IMG/VR virus record: IMGVR_UViG_3300027996_000023
Coordinates: 6,910-70,909 of that record
DNA from: a virus
Reading direction: 5' to 3' (one strand)
DNA length: 64,000 nt
Below the pieces are notes generated by a model. That model saw only the letters and a list, made by a program, of their open reading frames with translations, searched no databases and had not been told where the DNA came from. A program made the translations under genes and the position numbers. Positions within the stretch are counted from its first letter, which is position 1. Every line of letters starts with the position of its first letter. Shown piece after piece: positions 55,539 through 64,000 of this stretch.

Positions 55539-56267
55539 TTAATATGTTACTCCACTAAAAAGGGTTTCTGCTTTCCACTCTATTGTGTGAGCAGCTTCTC
55601 CTGTTACATTTATCTCAAGTGTATTAGCATTCGCTGTAAAAGCAGCAGACCAAAGCGCAGCGCCAGCATCTTCCGCTAGGGTTTCGTCAGTAGGGCTTTC
55701 TACCATAGTAGTGGTTCCGCCAAGATTTTTTATAGCCCCCCTAAACTCATGGGACCAAGTGTCTCCCGTTGCACCCTCAATAGCTGTTAATCTTGTAACG
55801 AAACTTTGTACAGAATTGTTTGGAATTGGAAAGGAAATTGGCACTAGGGTAGGTGTAGCGTCTAACGTTTGTACTTGCTGGGTGTAAAAAGGATTAGAAC
55901 TTCCGCCCCCCGAACTTATGTTATCAACAATGGTGTCTACCGATTCAGTTACAATGAAATTCGACATTTTGGTGCTTCTAAAAAATATCTGACAACCTGC
56001 AGGTAATTCTCTTAGGTTTTTTATTGTATTTGCTGGGAAGATATACCTTAAAGAATCTGTTGCGGAAGTAACTAATATAAGAGCATAGTTTTTATTAGTG
56101 GCGTATATATCTGTTATGCTGTCTGGGGACGAATACACCCTATTGGATGCCTTTAGTTCAATCACCGAGCCTGCCCCAGATTCATATATTTTGTCAATAT
56201 CCTCTCCTGGTATCCCTATTTTTTTTGGGGTTCCAGACCCTAGTGCTGTTTCTGTGAAGTAGAACAT
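55539..56267 (-). CDS. putative structural protein (chimeric domains)
   Basis: Two small N-terminal beta domains and a C-terminal TLDATPT domain. Confidence 0.55.
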   Translation of the reverse strand: MFYFTETALGSGTPKKIGIPGEDIDKIYESGAGSVIELKASNRVYSSPDSITDIYATNKNYALILVTSATDSLRYIFPANTIKNLRELPAGCQIFFRSTKMSNFIVTESVDTIVDNISSGGGSSNPFYTQQVQTLDATPTLVPISFPIPNNSVQSFVTRLTAIEGATGDTWSHEFRGAIKNLGGTTTMVESPTDETLAEDAGAALWSAAFTANANTLEINVTGEAAHTIEWKAETLFSGVTY

Positions 56268-56283
56268 AGTTTGTCGTTTTTTA

Positions 56284-56314
56284 TAAAGATAATCAAAGGA
56301 TTATCAATTTGCAA
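56284..56314 (-). promoter_or_regulatory. possible Bacteroidota-type promoter
   Basis: Minus strand TTG-N20-TATCTTTA (one mismatch to consensus). Confidence 0.45.
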
Positions 56315-56318
56315 TATT

Positions 56319-59300
56319 TTAATTGAAAATTAAATTCCTTACTTGTGTATTAGTCCACCCCTCTAAAGGGTATCCTTTGTAATTCTTTAAGTCCCCCTTT
56401 AGGTATTTCTCGTAGATCGGGATGAGTTTGTCGAACTTTTTCTCAACCTCTTTTGCTACAGCAATGATGTGTTTGACTGCCTTTTTTTTATCAGTGCCTT
56501 CTGGTAGCATAGCAAATCCTTTTACCACCCCTTTAAACACTTTAAAGTCAGAGTCAGTGCCGAGCTGCCATTCTTTTGTTTTGTTCATTACTCTCTGAAC
56601 TACCTTTAGGGAATATACAGATGTATGCCTGTACAGTTTAAGTTCTTGCATAAACCCTTCGGTAGAAAAACTGTATGATTGCGATGCTTTTGCAGGTACT
56701 TCTCTTTCGCCAATTAAATTCGATATTTTTGTAGCGTGATTGCCAAAGTAACCAAACCAGCTCTTGACTAAATGATCAGCGTTCCTAGGATCTCCCCATT
56801 CTCCGCCACCAGATAGCCACCACCCTAGATTAGATGCTTGCTTTGCTCCACTCTTTAAAAGGATATTTTTATCATCATCCCAGTGAGGCGTTATAGTAGT
56901 TTCCCTAAAGCTATCCCAGTTTGCGGAAATCTCTGCAACAGATTTGGCCGATCCAAAGAAGTTATATGGGTTCCTAGGGTCTACAGGGACCATGCCTCTA
57001 CTAAACATACCCCACCAGCCATCGAAAGCTTTTTCGTTACCATATACTGTTCGGTCTAACGCTCTTTCAAACCAGCTTCCCAATATACCTACTTCAAATG
57101 GTTTAGGGATGCTTATATCTCCATTCCATTCCCCTCCAAAGGCTTTTACTCCACCTGGGAACATCTTAAAACTCATAAACATGTCTCTTAGGTAATTGGG
57201 TTTTTCTCTATACTCGTCCTCATATCCAAAGGCATGTGCCATTACTATCATACCCATAGAAGGCAAAGCTGTTTTGACCATAAATCTAGTAAATAGTTCT
57301 GGATCCTTTTGCTTGGCTCCATCCCAAAACGCTTCTTTTACAAACTTAGCAAACCTTTTGGTTCCCTGTACGTTAGCGTTTAAGAAAGGTGACAAATGCC
57401 TTAGATATTTCATCATTGTACCCTTTATTGCAAAGTCACACAAGTCTCTTGCTTCAAATGCTGCCCTTTTGTATGCGGCATATTCATTAAGCCCTTGTTT
57501 GCGAAAGAATCTGTACGCTGTTTTAAACTCTGCAATTCTATTAGAAAGCTCTCCTTTCGCCAGCCAGTCGTTGTATTTTGGCCATACTTCATTAGCGGCT
57601 GGCACCCAACTGCCATTCTTAGAGAGGTCAGTCAAAGCTCGGTGCATAGCCTTATGGTAGTTTTTGTCATTCTTCAAGTACATATCCATACCACTTTGAC
57701 CGCCCCCATACATGTTAAACAGCTCTAAAGCTTCTGAGTCAGTCATTGAAAATTCATCTGGCTCAAGACCTAGCTTTTGAAATGACTCTGGACTTAGCCC
57801 TAGTTTTTTGGCCATTTTACTGTTTGCCCTTTGTTTGATTTTTAAAGCGTCTGTTAGTTTATTTTTCGCACCCGAACCAACCCATCCTCTTACTCTTGAG
57901 ACTGTGTGCCTAAAAATAAAGTCCCTTGTGGGGTTTATAACTCTTGCAAATATAGGAAATCGAGTGGTAAAAAACTGAGTAGCTTTTGGTTGAAGTCCAA
58001 TGGTGTGCTCCATCAACCACATTGCTCTATCTGCGGTTGCCGATGCAGCATCATTGTAAGAGGACAAATCCCTTATAACCCCAAACGCTTTACCTATGTC
58101 TGGATCTACTTTCCAATACTCTGGCTTTCCATCTTTCCATATTGTCATTACCCCATCAGGAACAGTAGAACCTTCTTTTACTTGCACCTGGACACCAAAT
58201 TTCTCTAATGGCATAGGGGTTCCACCTGTCATATCTCCCCTGATTAGGTCAATGAACCTATTGTTCATGTAGTTGTCATCTGCTCTGTTTATTGTTGCGT
58301 AGAACGTTGCTATAAGGGATTCTACAGAATCTTTTCTGTCTCTTGCAGACCCTTTTATCTTTTCAAATCTAACCTTTTGACCAGACCCATATCCATTAGG
58401 GTTGAGTACGTGACCAACCTCGTCCTCAAATATTCTATGCAATGCTACATAGTAAGCATTTTTTTCTTTTATCTCCGCATACGTTTCTTCGCTTATTAGG
58501 CCACTATCAACAGCATACCTCAAGGTTGTATCCGACATTTTTCGATACCTCTTGATGTATTCATTTATTCTGTTCTTTGTAGAATCCTCCACATTTTTGT
58601 CAAACCATTCAAGATACTCCTGTGCTGCTTGTAAATCTGGTTTAGTGTATTGATCAACACTCATACCAGAAATGTTTTCCTCTCTTTCAAACCTCTCTGC
58701 CAGCTCTATTGTCCTTTGAGCTGTCATGTATCTTGCGGCAAGCTCTTTATCACTATCTAAAGCTATCAATCTTTCTTTTCTACTCATCTTAGAGAAGTTA
58801 GGATTGTCGCTTAATGGCTGCAATAACCAGCCTATTGTTATAGCTTCTCCTTCTTCACTTTTGACTTTTTTGTACCCCCTTGTTCCTTCTTTGTAGTCAA
58901 CACGCCTAATTCCAGACTTTTCAAGCATCTCCCTTGCTTTGTCATTCTTGCCAGCCATAAGCAAGGATAGCAAGTAAAAGTTTTGGTCCACATCTCCTTT
59001 CATTACATCATCCTTGGACATGCCATTCATCTTGAATAGCTTCTCCATAGACACCTTTAGTGCTTTTTTATCATTTGACAAATACACCTGTATCACATCG
59101 AAGAAAGATAAATTTGGCTCTCCATTAACAGACCCTATTCCTAGTTGACCCATAAATTTATCCATAGTGATTTTTGCTCGCTCCATAGGTGCCCTCTGCT
59201 TGTATTGCTGATATGTCTCTTGTGATGTACTCTGGGCTGCTTCGTCTGCATTTAGGGAGTAAATCATTCTGATATCATAAGAAGCATTTTCTAGGCTTTC

Positions 59301-62300
59301 CCAGCGTTTTTCGCCTCCTTTTTGAGCTGTGATAGCCGACTTCATAGCTTCATAAGTCTTAGGGGCCATCTCTTTTGCTTGCATTGGATTTACCATAAAC
59401 CCTTCCGCAAACATAGCAAACCCTTCCATTCTGCGATAATCTTGCTGTAGATCTACAGTCTCTTGGACTATTTGTTTTTGAGTGGGGTTCTTTACTCCTT
59501 TTCCTTTAAGAGACAAGGCTGCTGACTCATGTACCTCTTTTATTTCTTTCAGTCCTTGGACTACACCTTTAGCGTCTGACACCTTCTGCAGTTCATCTTT
59601 AATCTTTTGTTCCTTCGCTGGTGTCTTGTCTGCTTTATATGCAGCTCTGGCTGCGTCAACCTTGAGCTTTTGTTGCTCTACAGATGCCCTTCCTTTTTTT
59701 ATCGCTTCCTCTACTGTCAGGCCCTTGGCTTTGGTGTCCCAAAAGTCTTGTCCACTCTTTGCTTCTGCTGTTGCACCTGGAGGAGTAGACCCGAAGTCCC
59801 AAAACTGACTTAACTCTTGATCCAGCTTGTCTTTCGCATTTTTAGTTATACCAAGACCCATGTCAATCCAGTGGGCTAATTCGTGTATAATTGTAGGGAT
59901 GTGGGCATATTGACTTATCTTTACTCTCATATTTACCCCACTAATACTACCCATAACCCCCCTTCTTCTGCTTGCGTTGTAGAATATTCGAGGAGTAAAC
60001 TTCATACCTTTAAAAAGGAATGACAAAGATTTTTGTACCCCCTTGATGGTGTCCACACGTTTAGGGACCATACCTCTGTTGTTCTTTTTGTACTCTTCTA
60101 TAGCACTTCTAGGAAGTGTATCTGGCTTTATCGGGAAGTCTTTTTGAGTAGGAGAGTCGGAGTAATGTGCGGCACTGCCTATACTTCTCTTCGCATCTAC
60201 TTTGTCTTTCTTAGTTTGAGACATTTTTCTAGTAGAATACTGTTGATCAAACTTGTTACCCGGCTCTCGCTTTTGTTTTTTCTGCTTTCCCTTTTTTGTT
60301 GGGGGTTTAACAGCATCTCCTAGCATAGAGGTGTAGATTTTTTCCATTGCGCTATTTAGCTCAATGTCTATCTCTGAATCTACTATCCCATTGTATATAT
60401 CAGTCATCCAGCCCTTGAACTTATCAAAGACTTTTTTCATAGCCATGAAAGGAGATTTACCAGTAGATATGTACTTTTCAAATCCTCTGGCAAACTTTTC
60501 ACTTGTTTCTCTATTCCATTCCTTTGTCTTGGCCCACTTTTGAACAGTTTTCTTTTCCTTGTCTGTCAAGTAGTGCTCGAATATGTGTGCTATCTCATGC
60601 AGGGGAGTTGACACATTAGGATCTGTCAGTGCATATATAATAAACTTGCTGTCCTCTGCTAACATAGCACCCTTTTCGTCTTGGAACCTTATATCTTTAG
60701 TTTCTCCAAACGTAGTGTTGGACCCATCAGATAGCTTTATCTGGTTAGCATATTCATCAAATACATGTACATGAGAATCCCCTGAGTTTAACCCCATGCC
60801 AGGGAACCTATTAGAAACGTCATTTAATATAATGCCATCATAGCCCAAGTTTTTGAAAAACTCCCCAATAACTTGTGAAGTCGCTATTTGCCCATCTTCG
60901 TTTTCTATGTGATGTTTTCTTAGCTCCGCCTCTAAGTCTTGTAGGTTCACCTCGTTTTCCCAGAAATCTTCCATTATCTCACTTACTATTGAATCGGCAT
61001 CTTCCCAATTGTAAGCATTATCCTCTATGGCACTTTTTAGTGCTTCTCTTATTTCATTTTCAGCACCAGAAAGGGCCAATGCTTCATCTCTTACCTCGTA
61101 GTCGTAATCTTCTAGTGCTTCTTCTACGGTAATACCGTTAGCCTCGGCTACATACTCAGCAGCTTCGTCCATGTATTCGTCTATGGCATCTTGAGGAACC
61201 ATTTCTCTCCATACGGCACCAGATCCTAAAACCAAAGGGTTATTTAGCTTCACAAACACTTCTAAGACCTTCTCATCTCCTCCATCCAATCTCTCTGTAG
61301 CAATTTGTTTTGCTATCTCCTCAGCGTCTTTACCTTCTATGTCTTTTATGTCCACCCCTAGCTCTTGTGACAAGTCATCGTAGTTAAGATTACCCTCGCT
61401 ATCTTCAAAATCTTCTATGAATCTTTCGATTTGTTCTGCCTCTTGCTCTATTCTTGAAGTAATATCTGGGCCTTCACTTCCATAATTATTTTCTGCATCT
61501 TGATTTGAATTAGTAAAGTAATTCACTTTCCCTAAGTGAGCTTCTATATTACCCTTCACTGAAGCATCAAACTCATAGAACATATTAGTGGTCCCATGAT
61601 TTAGCTCCATAACTACAGGTTGCCCTGTTTTTGCATCTTGAGGGTCTAATGCTTTTGCATTACCCTTCCATTTTTTAAAATTCTTAGCTCCATCTTTTCC
61701 TTGGAATAGTGCTTTTTTGCCTTCCTTTAATTCCTTTACAGTCCTTGCGTCACCTTTTCTAAATTCTATTTTGGCATACATTTCTTTTTTAGAAATACCT
61801 GCACGTTTAGCCATCTGCTTTATAGATGCGTCTGTTACAATAGCAGCACCCAAAGCTTTAACCCTGCTAAGGCCAAATAAGTCCCTGTAGATATTGTACA
61901 GTCCTTTAGTATTAGTTGCCTTAGAACCTTCTGGCTTATCAAATACTTTACTTGGGAATATCCTTTTAATGGCCTCTCTCTTAGTAAGCCCTTCCTTGGC
62001 TGGCTCAAATAGAGTTTCTTTAGAAGCCTTAGTGTCAGCCACATACTGCTGTAGCTTGGCCGCTATTTGCTTAGAAGTCGGAACCTTACCAAGTTCTCCT
62101 CCAGAAGTTAAAAATTCCGCTATCGCTTGCTCGTTTGCACTCAGTCTATCCCTAGCAGATCCACCTCCTAGTTGGCCTTGACTTAGCCAATTATCAAGCG
62201 ATGATTTTGGGTTCTTTTTCTTGAACGAATAGAAATCTCCTAAAACGTCTACTATGTTAGATATTTCTTGGTTCAAAACTCTATCGTTCTCAATAGTCAG

Positions 62301-63998
62301 CAATCCAATCATAGCTCGTTCAATGCCAGCCCTAATGTTGCCATGCACATCATCCATTGATGCAAAATCCTCGTTGGTTGTTCCTTGAAAGAGCATTGCT
62401 TTGAGGGTTTTTTGTATCAAAGCTACGCCATCGGCATTTACGGCACCTCTTTTTGTCAAATACTGATCGAGCTTCGCACTCCTCAGCATTTTAATTTTAA
62501 TCATATAATCCAACACTTGCCTCCCACCAGCTCTTGCTGCTTCATTTATAGTATCGGTAGGCTTAGATTTTTCTAATATTATTTCAGCAAGTGCTGCTTT
62601 CTGTTGAGTGGGTATTACTCTAAGTGCTGCTGCCTCTGTTTCACCCTTTCTTGTAACATCTTCCAGTTCCTCGGATTTCATATTTCCAAGTCTAATGGCT
62701 TCCGCATCCTCTGCTTTGACCATACGGACCAGCACAGGCTGCTTCATTTTAGCTAATGCCTTTACATCAATACCAAAGCTATCAGCGTTGTCCAATAGCC
62801 ACTCTTGATATGCTCTGTCGTTTGGCCTGTGCCTATAATACCATTGCAGCCCTCCTCCTCTTCCGTTTCCTTGAATAATCTCCCCACGTTCATTTGTTAC
62901 TGGAGCACCAAAGAAGGCGTTGGGTGACATTCCAAATTCAAATGGATTTAGATTGGCACCTTTTATTTCGTCCTGTTTATTGTATGGAGGCTTAGATCGA
63001 TCTCTCGGCTGCGCTTCGTCTATGAAGAACTTTTGATTTTTTGTCCCAGTCTTATGAGATGGCTGAAATTCGCTGGCCTCAACAATAGTGTACTCTGCAT
63101 CTACGGTAATACCTTTTGCTGTTCTAGCGTTTCTTCCAAACAGCACCTTAGCTTTTCTGCCTACAACTTTATTGGTAATGGGATCTTGTCTAACTACTTT
63201 TTTGCCATCCACTACACGATACCCTCTGTCTCTGTCTGCTTGAGCATCTTCGTTTGTGGCTACTTCGTTTGTGGCTTCTGCATCTGCTAATCCAGCATCT
63301 TCCAAAGATGTATCTTCTATAGGCATTCGAGACTCTTTGGTTGCCTTTTTCTCTTTTTTTTGTTTAATCGGTTTTTCCGATTTTTCTTTTTTAGAAGTAA
63401 AGTCTAATACTGGCACCACTTTCATCCCTAGCTCTTTTGCCGCTATCGCCCTATGTCTGCCATCTGAATCTTTTACATCTGTTACGTCATCTCCGTACAA
63501 GGCCAGAGGGTCTAATTTTCTACCTTCTTCAATGTGTCTTTTTATGTCATCAACATTTTCCCTCGTTTCTTCATCCATTTCCAAGGGCTTTGCTTTGGAT
63601 AGAAATTCATCTGGAGTCATTTCGGTCATAACTCCACCTCTTGATTTGTAGTCCTCATCTCCCCACCATTTACCCTTCTCCTCCATAGGGTACTTCGCTT
63701 CGGGCACCGTTTTTTCCTTGGCAGCTTCAGATAAATCTTCCTCTTTTTCTATTTGTTGAGTAACTATATCTCCTTCCTTGGCAGCTTCTACATCTTCAAT
63801 AGCTTCGTCAACCTCTAATGGAGCTGCAGCTTTTTTGAACGCTTCTTCTCTGGCCATTATATTTAAGCCTTGGATGGTTTCGTTGTTAGCTCGTATTTCT
63901 TGCTTCTTCTTAGCTATAGCTACCTTGGCATCTAAATATTCTTTTGTGGGGTTTCCATCAACTTCTTCAATTAACTCCCCTTTGCTTATATCTAAAAG
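56319..63998 (-). CDS. giant polyvalent protein (ParB-like, DdrB-ParB-like, ART-like, two zincin MPTase motifs, LPD38-like); N-terminus outside window
   Basis: DGRHRAIAAKELG; QPRDR...GAPV...IQGNGR; NHGT...YFT; PLHEIAH; IIHELAHWID; C-terminal YREKPNYLRD...IPKPFEVG. Frame has no stop from 63857 to the window end. Confidence 0.8.
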   Translation of the reverse strand, partial: LLDISKGELIEEVDGNPTKEYLDAKVAIAKKKQEIRANNETIQGLNIMAREEAFKKAAAPLEVDEAIEDVEAAKEGDIVTQQIEKEEDLSEAAKEKTVPEAKYPMEEKGKWWGDEDYKSRGGVMTEMTPDEFLSKAKPLEMDEETRENVDDIKRHIEEGRKLDPLALYGDDVTDVKDSDGRHRAIAAKELGMKVVPVLDFTSKKEKSEKPIKQKKEKKATKESRMPIEDTSLEDAGLADAEATNEVATNEDAQADRDRGYRVVDGKKVVRQDPITNKVVGRKAKVLFGRNARTAKGITVDAEYTIVEASEFQPSHKTGTKNQKFFIDEAQPRDRSKPPYNKQDEIKGANLNPFEFGMSPNAFFGAPVTNERGEIIQGNGRGGGLQWYYRHRPNDRAYQEWLLDNADSFGIDVKALAKMKQPVLVRMVKAEDAEAIRLGNMKSEELEDVTRKGETEAAALRVIPTQQKAALAEIILEKSKPTDTINEAARAGGRQVLDYMIKIKMLRSAKLDQYLTKRGAVNADGVALIQKTLKAMLFQGTTNEDFASMDDVHGNIRAGIERAMIGLLTIENDRVLNQEISNIVDVLGDFYSFKKKNPKSSLDNWLSQGQLGGGSARDRLSANEQAIAEFLTSGGELGKVPTSKQIAAKLQQYVADTKASKETLFEPAKEGLTKREAIKRIFPSKVFDKPEGSKATNTKGLYNIYRDLFGLSRVKALGAAIVTDASIKQMAKRAGISKKEMYAKIEFRKGDARTVKELKEGKKALFQGKDGAKNFKKWKGNAKALDPQDAKTGQPVVMELNHGTTNMFYEFDASVKGNIEAHLGKVNYFTNSNQDAENNYGSEGPDITSRIEQEAEQIERFIEDFEDSEGNLNYDDLSQELGVDIKDIEGKDAEEIAKQIATERLDGGDEKVLEVFVKLNNPLVLGSGAVWREMVPQDAIDEYMDEAAEYVAEANGITVEEALEDYDYEVRDEALALSGAENEIREALKSAIEDNAYNWEDADSIVSEIMEDFWENEVNLQDLEAELRKHHIENEDGQIATSQVIGEFFKNLGYDGIILNDVSNRFPGMGLNSGDSHVHVFDEYANQIKLSDGSNTTFGETKDIRFQDEKGAMLAEDSKFIIYALTDPNVSTPLHEIAHIFEHYLTDKEKKTVQKWAKTKEWNRETSEKFARGFEKYISTGKSPFMAMKKVFDKFKGWMTDIYNGIVDSEIDIELNSAMEKIYTSMLGDAVKPPTKKGKQKKQKREPGNKFDQQYSTRKMSQTKKDKVDAKRSIGSAAHYSDSPTQKDFPIKPDTLPRSAIEEYKKNNRGMVPKRVDTIKGVQKSLSFLFKGMKFTPRIFYNASRRRGVMGSISGVNMRVKISQYAHIPTIIHELAHWIDMGLGITKNAKDKLDQELSQFWDFGSTPPGATAEAKSGQDFWDTKAKGLTVEEAIKKGRASVEQQKLKVDAARAAYKADKTPAKEQKIKDELQKVSDAKGVVQGLKEIKEVHESAALSLKGKGVKNPTQKQIVQETVDLQQDYRRMEGFAMFAEGFMVNPMQAKEMAPKTYEAMKSAITAQKGGEKRWESLENASYDIRMIYSLNADEAAQSTSQETYQQYKQRAPMERAKITMDKFMGQLGIGSVNGEPNLSFFDVIQVYLSNDKKALKVSMEKLFKMNGMSKDDVMKGDVDQNFYLLSLLMAGKNDKAREMLEKSGIRRVDYKEGTRGYKKVKSEEGEAITIGWLLQPLSDNPNFSKMSRKERLIALDSDKELAARYMTAQRTIELAERFEREENISGMSVDQYTKPDLQAAQEYLEWFDKNVEDSTKNRINEYIKRYRKMSDTTLRYAVDSGLISEETYAEIKEKNAYYVALHRIFEDEVGHVLNPNGYGSGQKVRFEKIKGSARDRKDSVESLIATFYATINRADDNYMNNRFIDLIRGDMTGGTPMPLEKFGVQVQVKEGSTVPDGVMTIWKDGKPEYWKVDPDIGKAFGVIRDLSSYNDAASATADRAMWLMEHTIGLQPKATQFFTTRFPIFARVINPTRDFIFRHTVSRVRGWVGSGAKNKLTDALKIKQRANSKMAKKLGLSPESFQKLGLEPDEFSMTDSEALELFNMYGGGQSGMDMYLKNDKNYHKAMHRALTDLSKNGSWVPAANEVWPKYNDWLAKGELSNRIAEFKTAYRFFRKQGLNEYAAYKRAAFEARDLCDFAIKGTMMKYLRHLSPFLNANVQGTKRFAKFVKEAFWDGAKQKDPELFTRFMVKTALPSMGMIVMAHAFGYEDEYREKPNYLRDMFMSFKMFPGGVKAFGGEWNGDISIPKPFEVGILGSWFERALDRTVYGNEKAFDGWWGMFSRGMVPVDPRNPYNFFGSAKSVAEISANWDSFRETTITPHWDDDKNILLKSGAKQASNLGWWLSGGGEWGDPRNADHLVKSWFGYFGNHATKISNLIGEREVPAKASQSYSFSTEGFMQELKLYRHTSVYSLKVVQRVMNKTKEWQLGTDSDFKVFKGVVKGFAMLPEGTDKKKAVKHIIAVAKEVEKKFDKLIPIYEKYLKGDLKNYKGYPLEGWTNTQVRNLIFN

Positions 63999-64000
63999 CA

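Noticed and set aside
56319-63998. Virion RNA polymerase
   Set aside because: No DxDxD-type catalytic motif recognised in the visible part; domains fit a polyvalent protein instead
1-64000. Stop-codon reassignment as in some crAss-like phages
   Set aside because: Core genes are intact under code 11, and TAA, TAG and TGA all end genes with tight coupling

Overview
A 64-kb segment of an AT-rich, standard-genetic-code tailed phage, most likely a crAss-like (Crassvirales-related) podophage of a Bacteroidota host (TTG/TAnnTTTG promoters, no Shine-Dalgarno motifs). All family assignments come from motif recognition by eye, with no database searches. Layout: (1) 1-25.8 kb, minus strand: virion/packaging module (tail stabilization protein, three ring-like proteins, MCP, scaffold-like protein, portal, TerL), preceded by GroEL, two GroES-like genes and small ORFs. 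(2) 25.85-26.7 kb: non-coding divergence gap with a XerCD dif-like site and a 63-bp perfect purine-pyrimidine tract. (3) 26.7-41.8 kb, plus strand: accessory/early region of small genes. It is punctuated by six near-identical and one divergent ~59-nt tRNA-like (mascRNA-sized) elements. It also carries RadC, two PAPS-reductase-like enzymes, a Csx3/Crn3-like ring nuclease, a glucosaminidase, a C5 DNA methyltransferase, and four genes ending in the same QAPT(A/G)EK hairpin repeat. (4) 41.9-51 kb, minus strand: SSB-like protein, amidase, DnaG, RuvC-like nuclease, DnaB and an iteron-containing initiator. (5) 51.6-64 kb, minus strand: small putative structural genes and a >2500-aa polyvalent protein running off the window. 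The most striking observations are the tRNA-mimic-punctuated gene array and the phage-borne Csx3.
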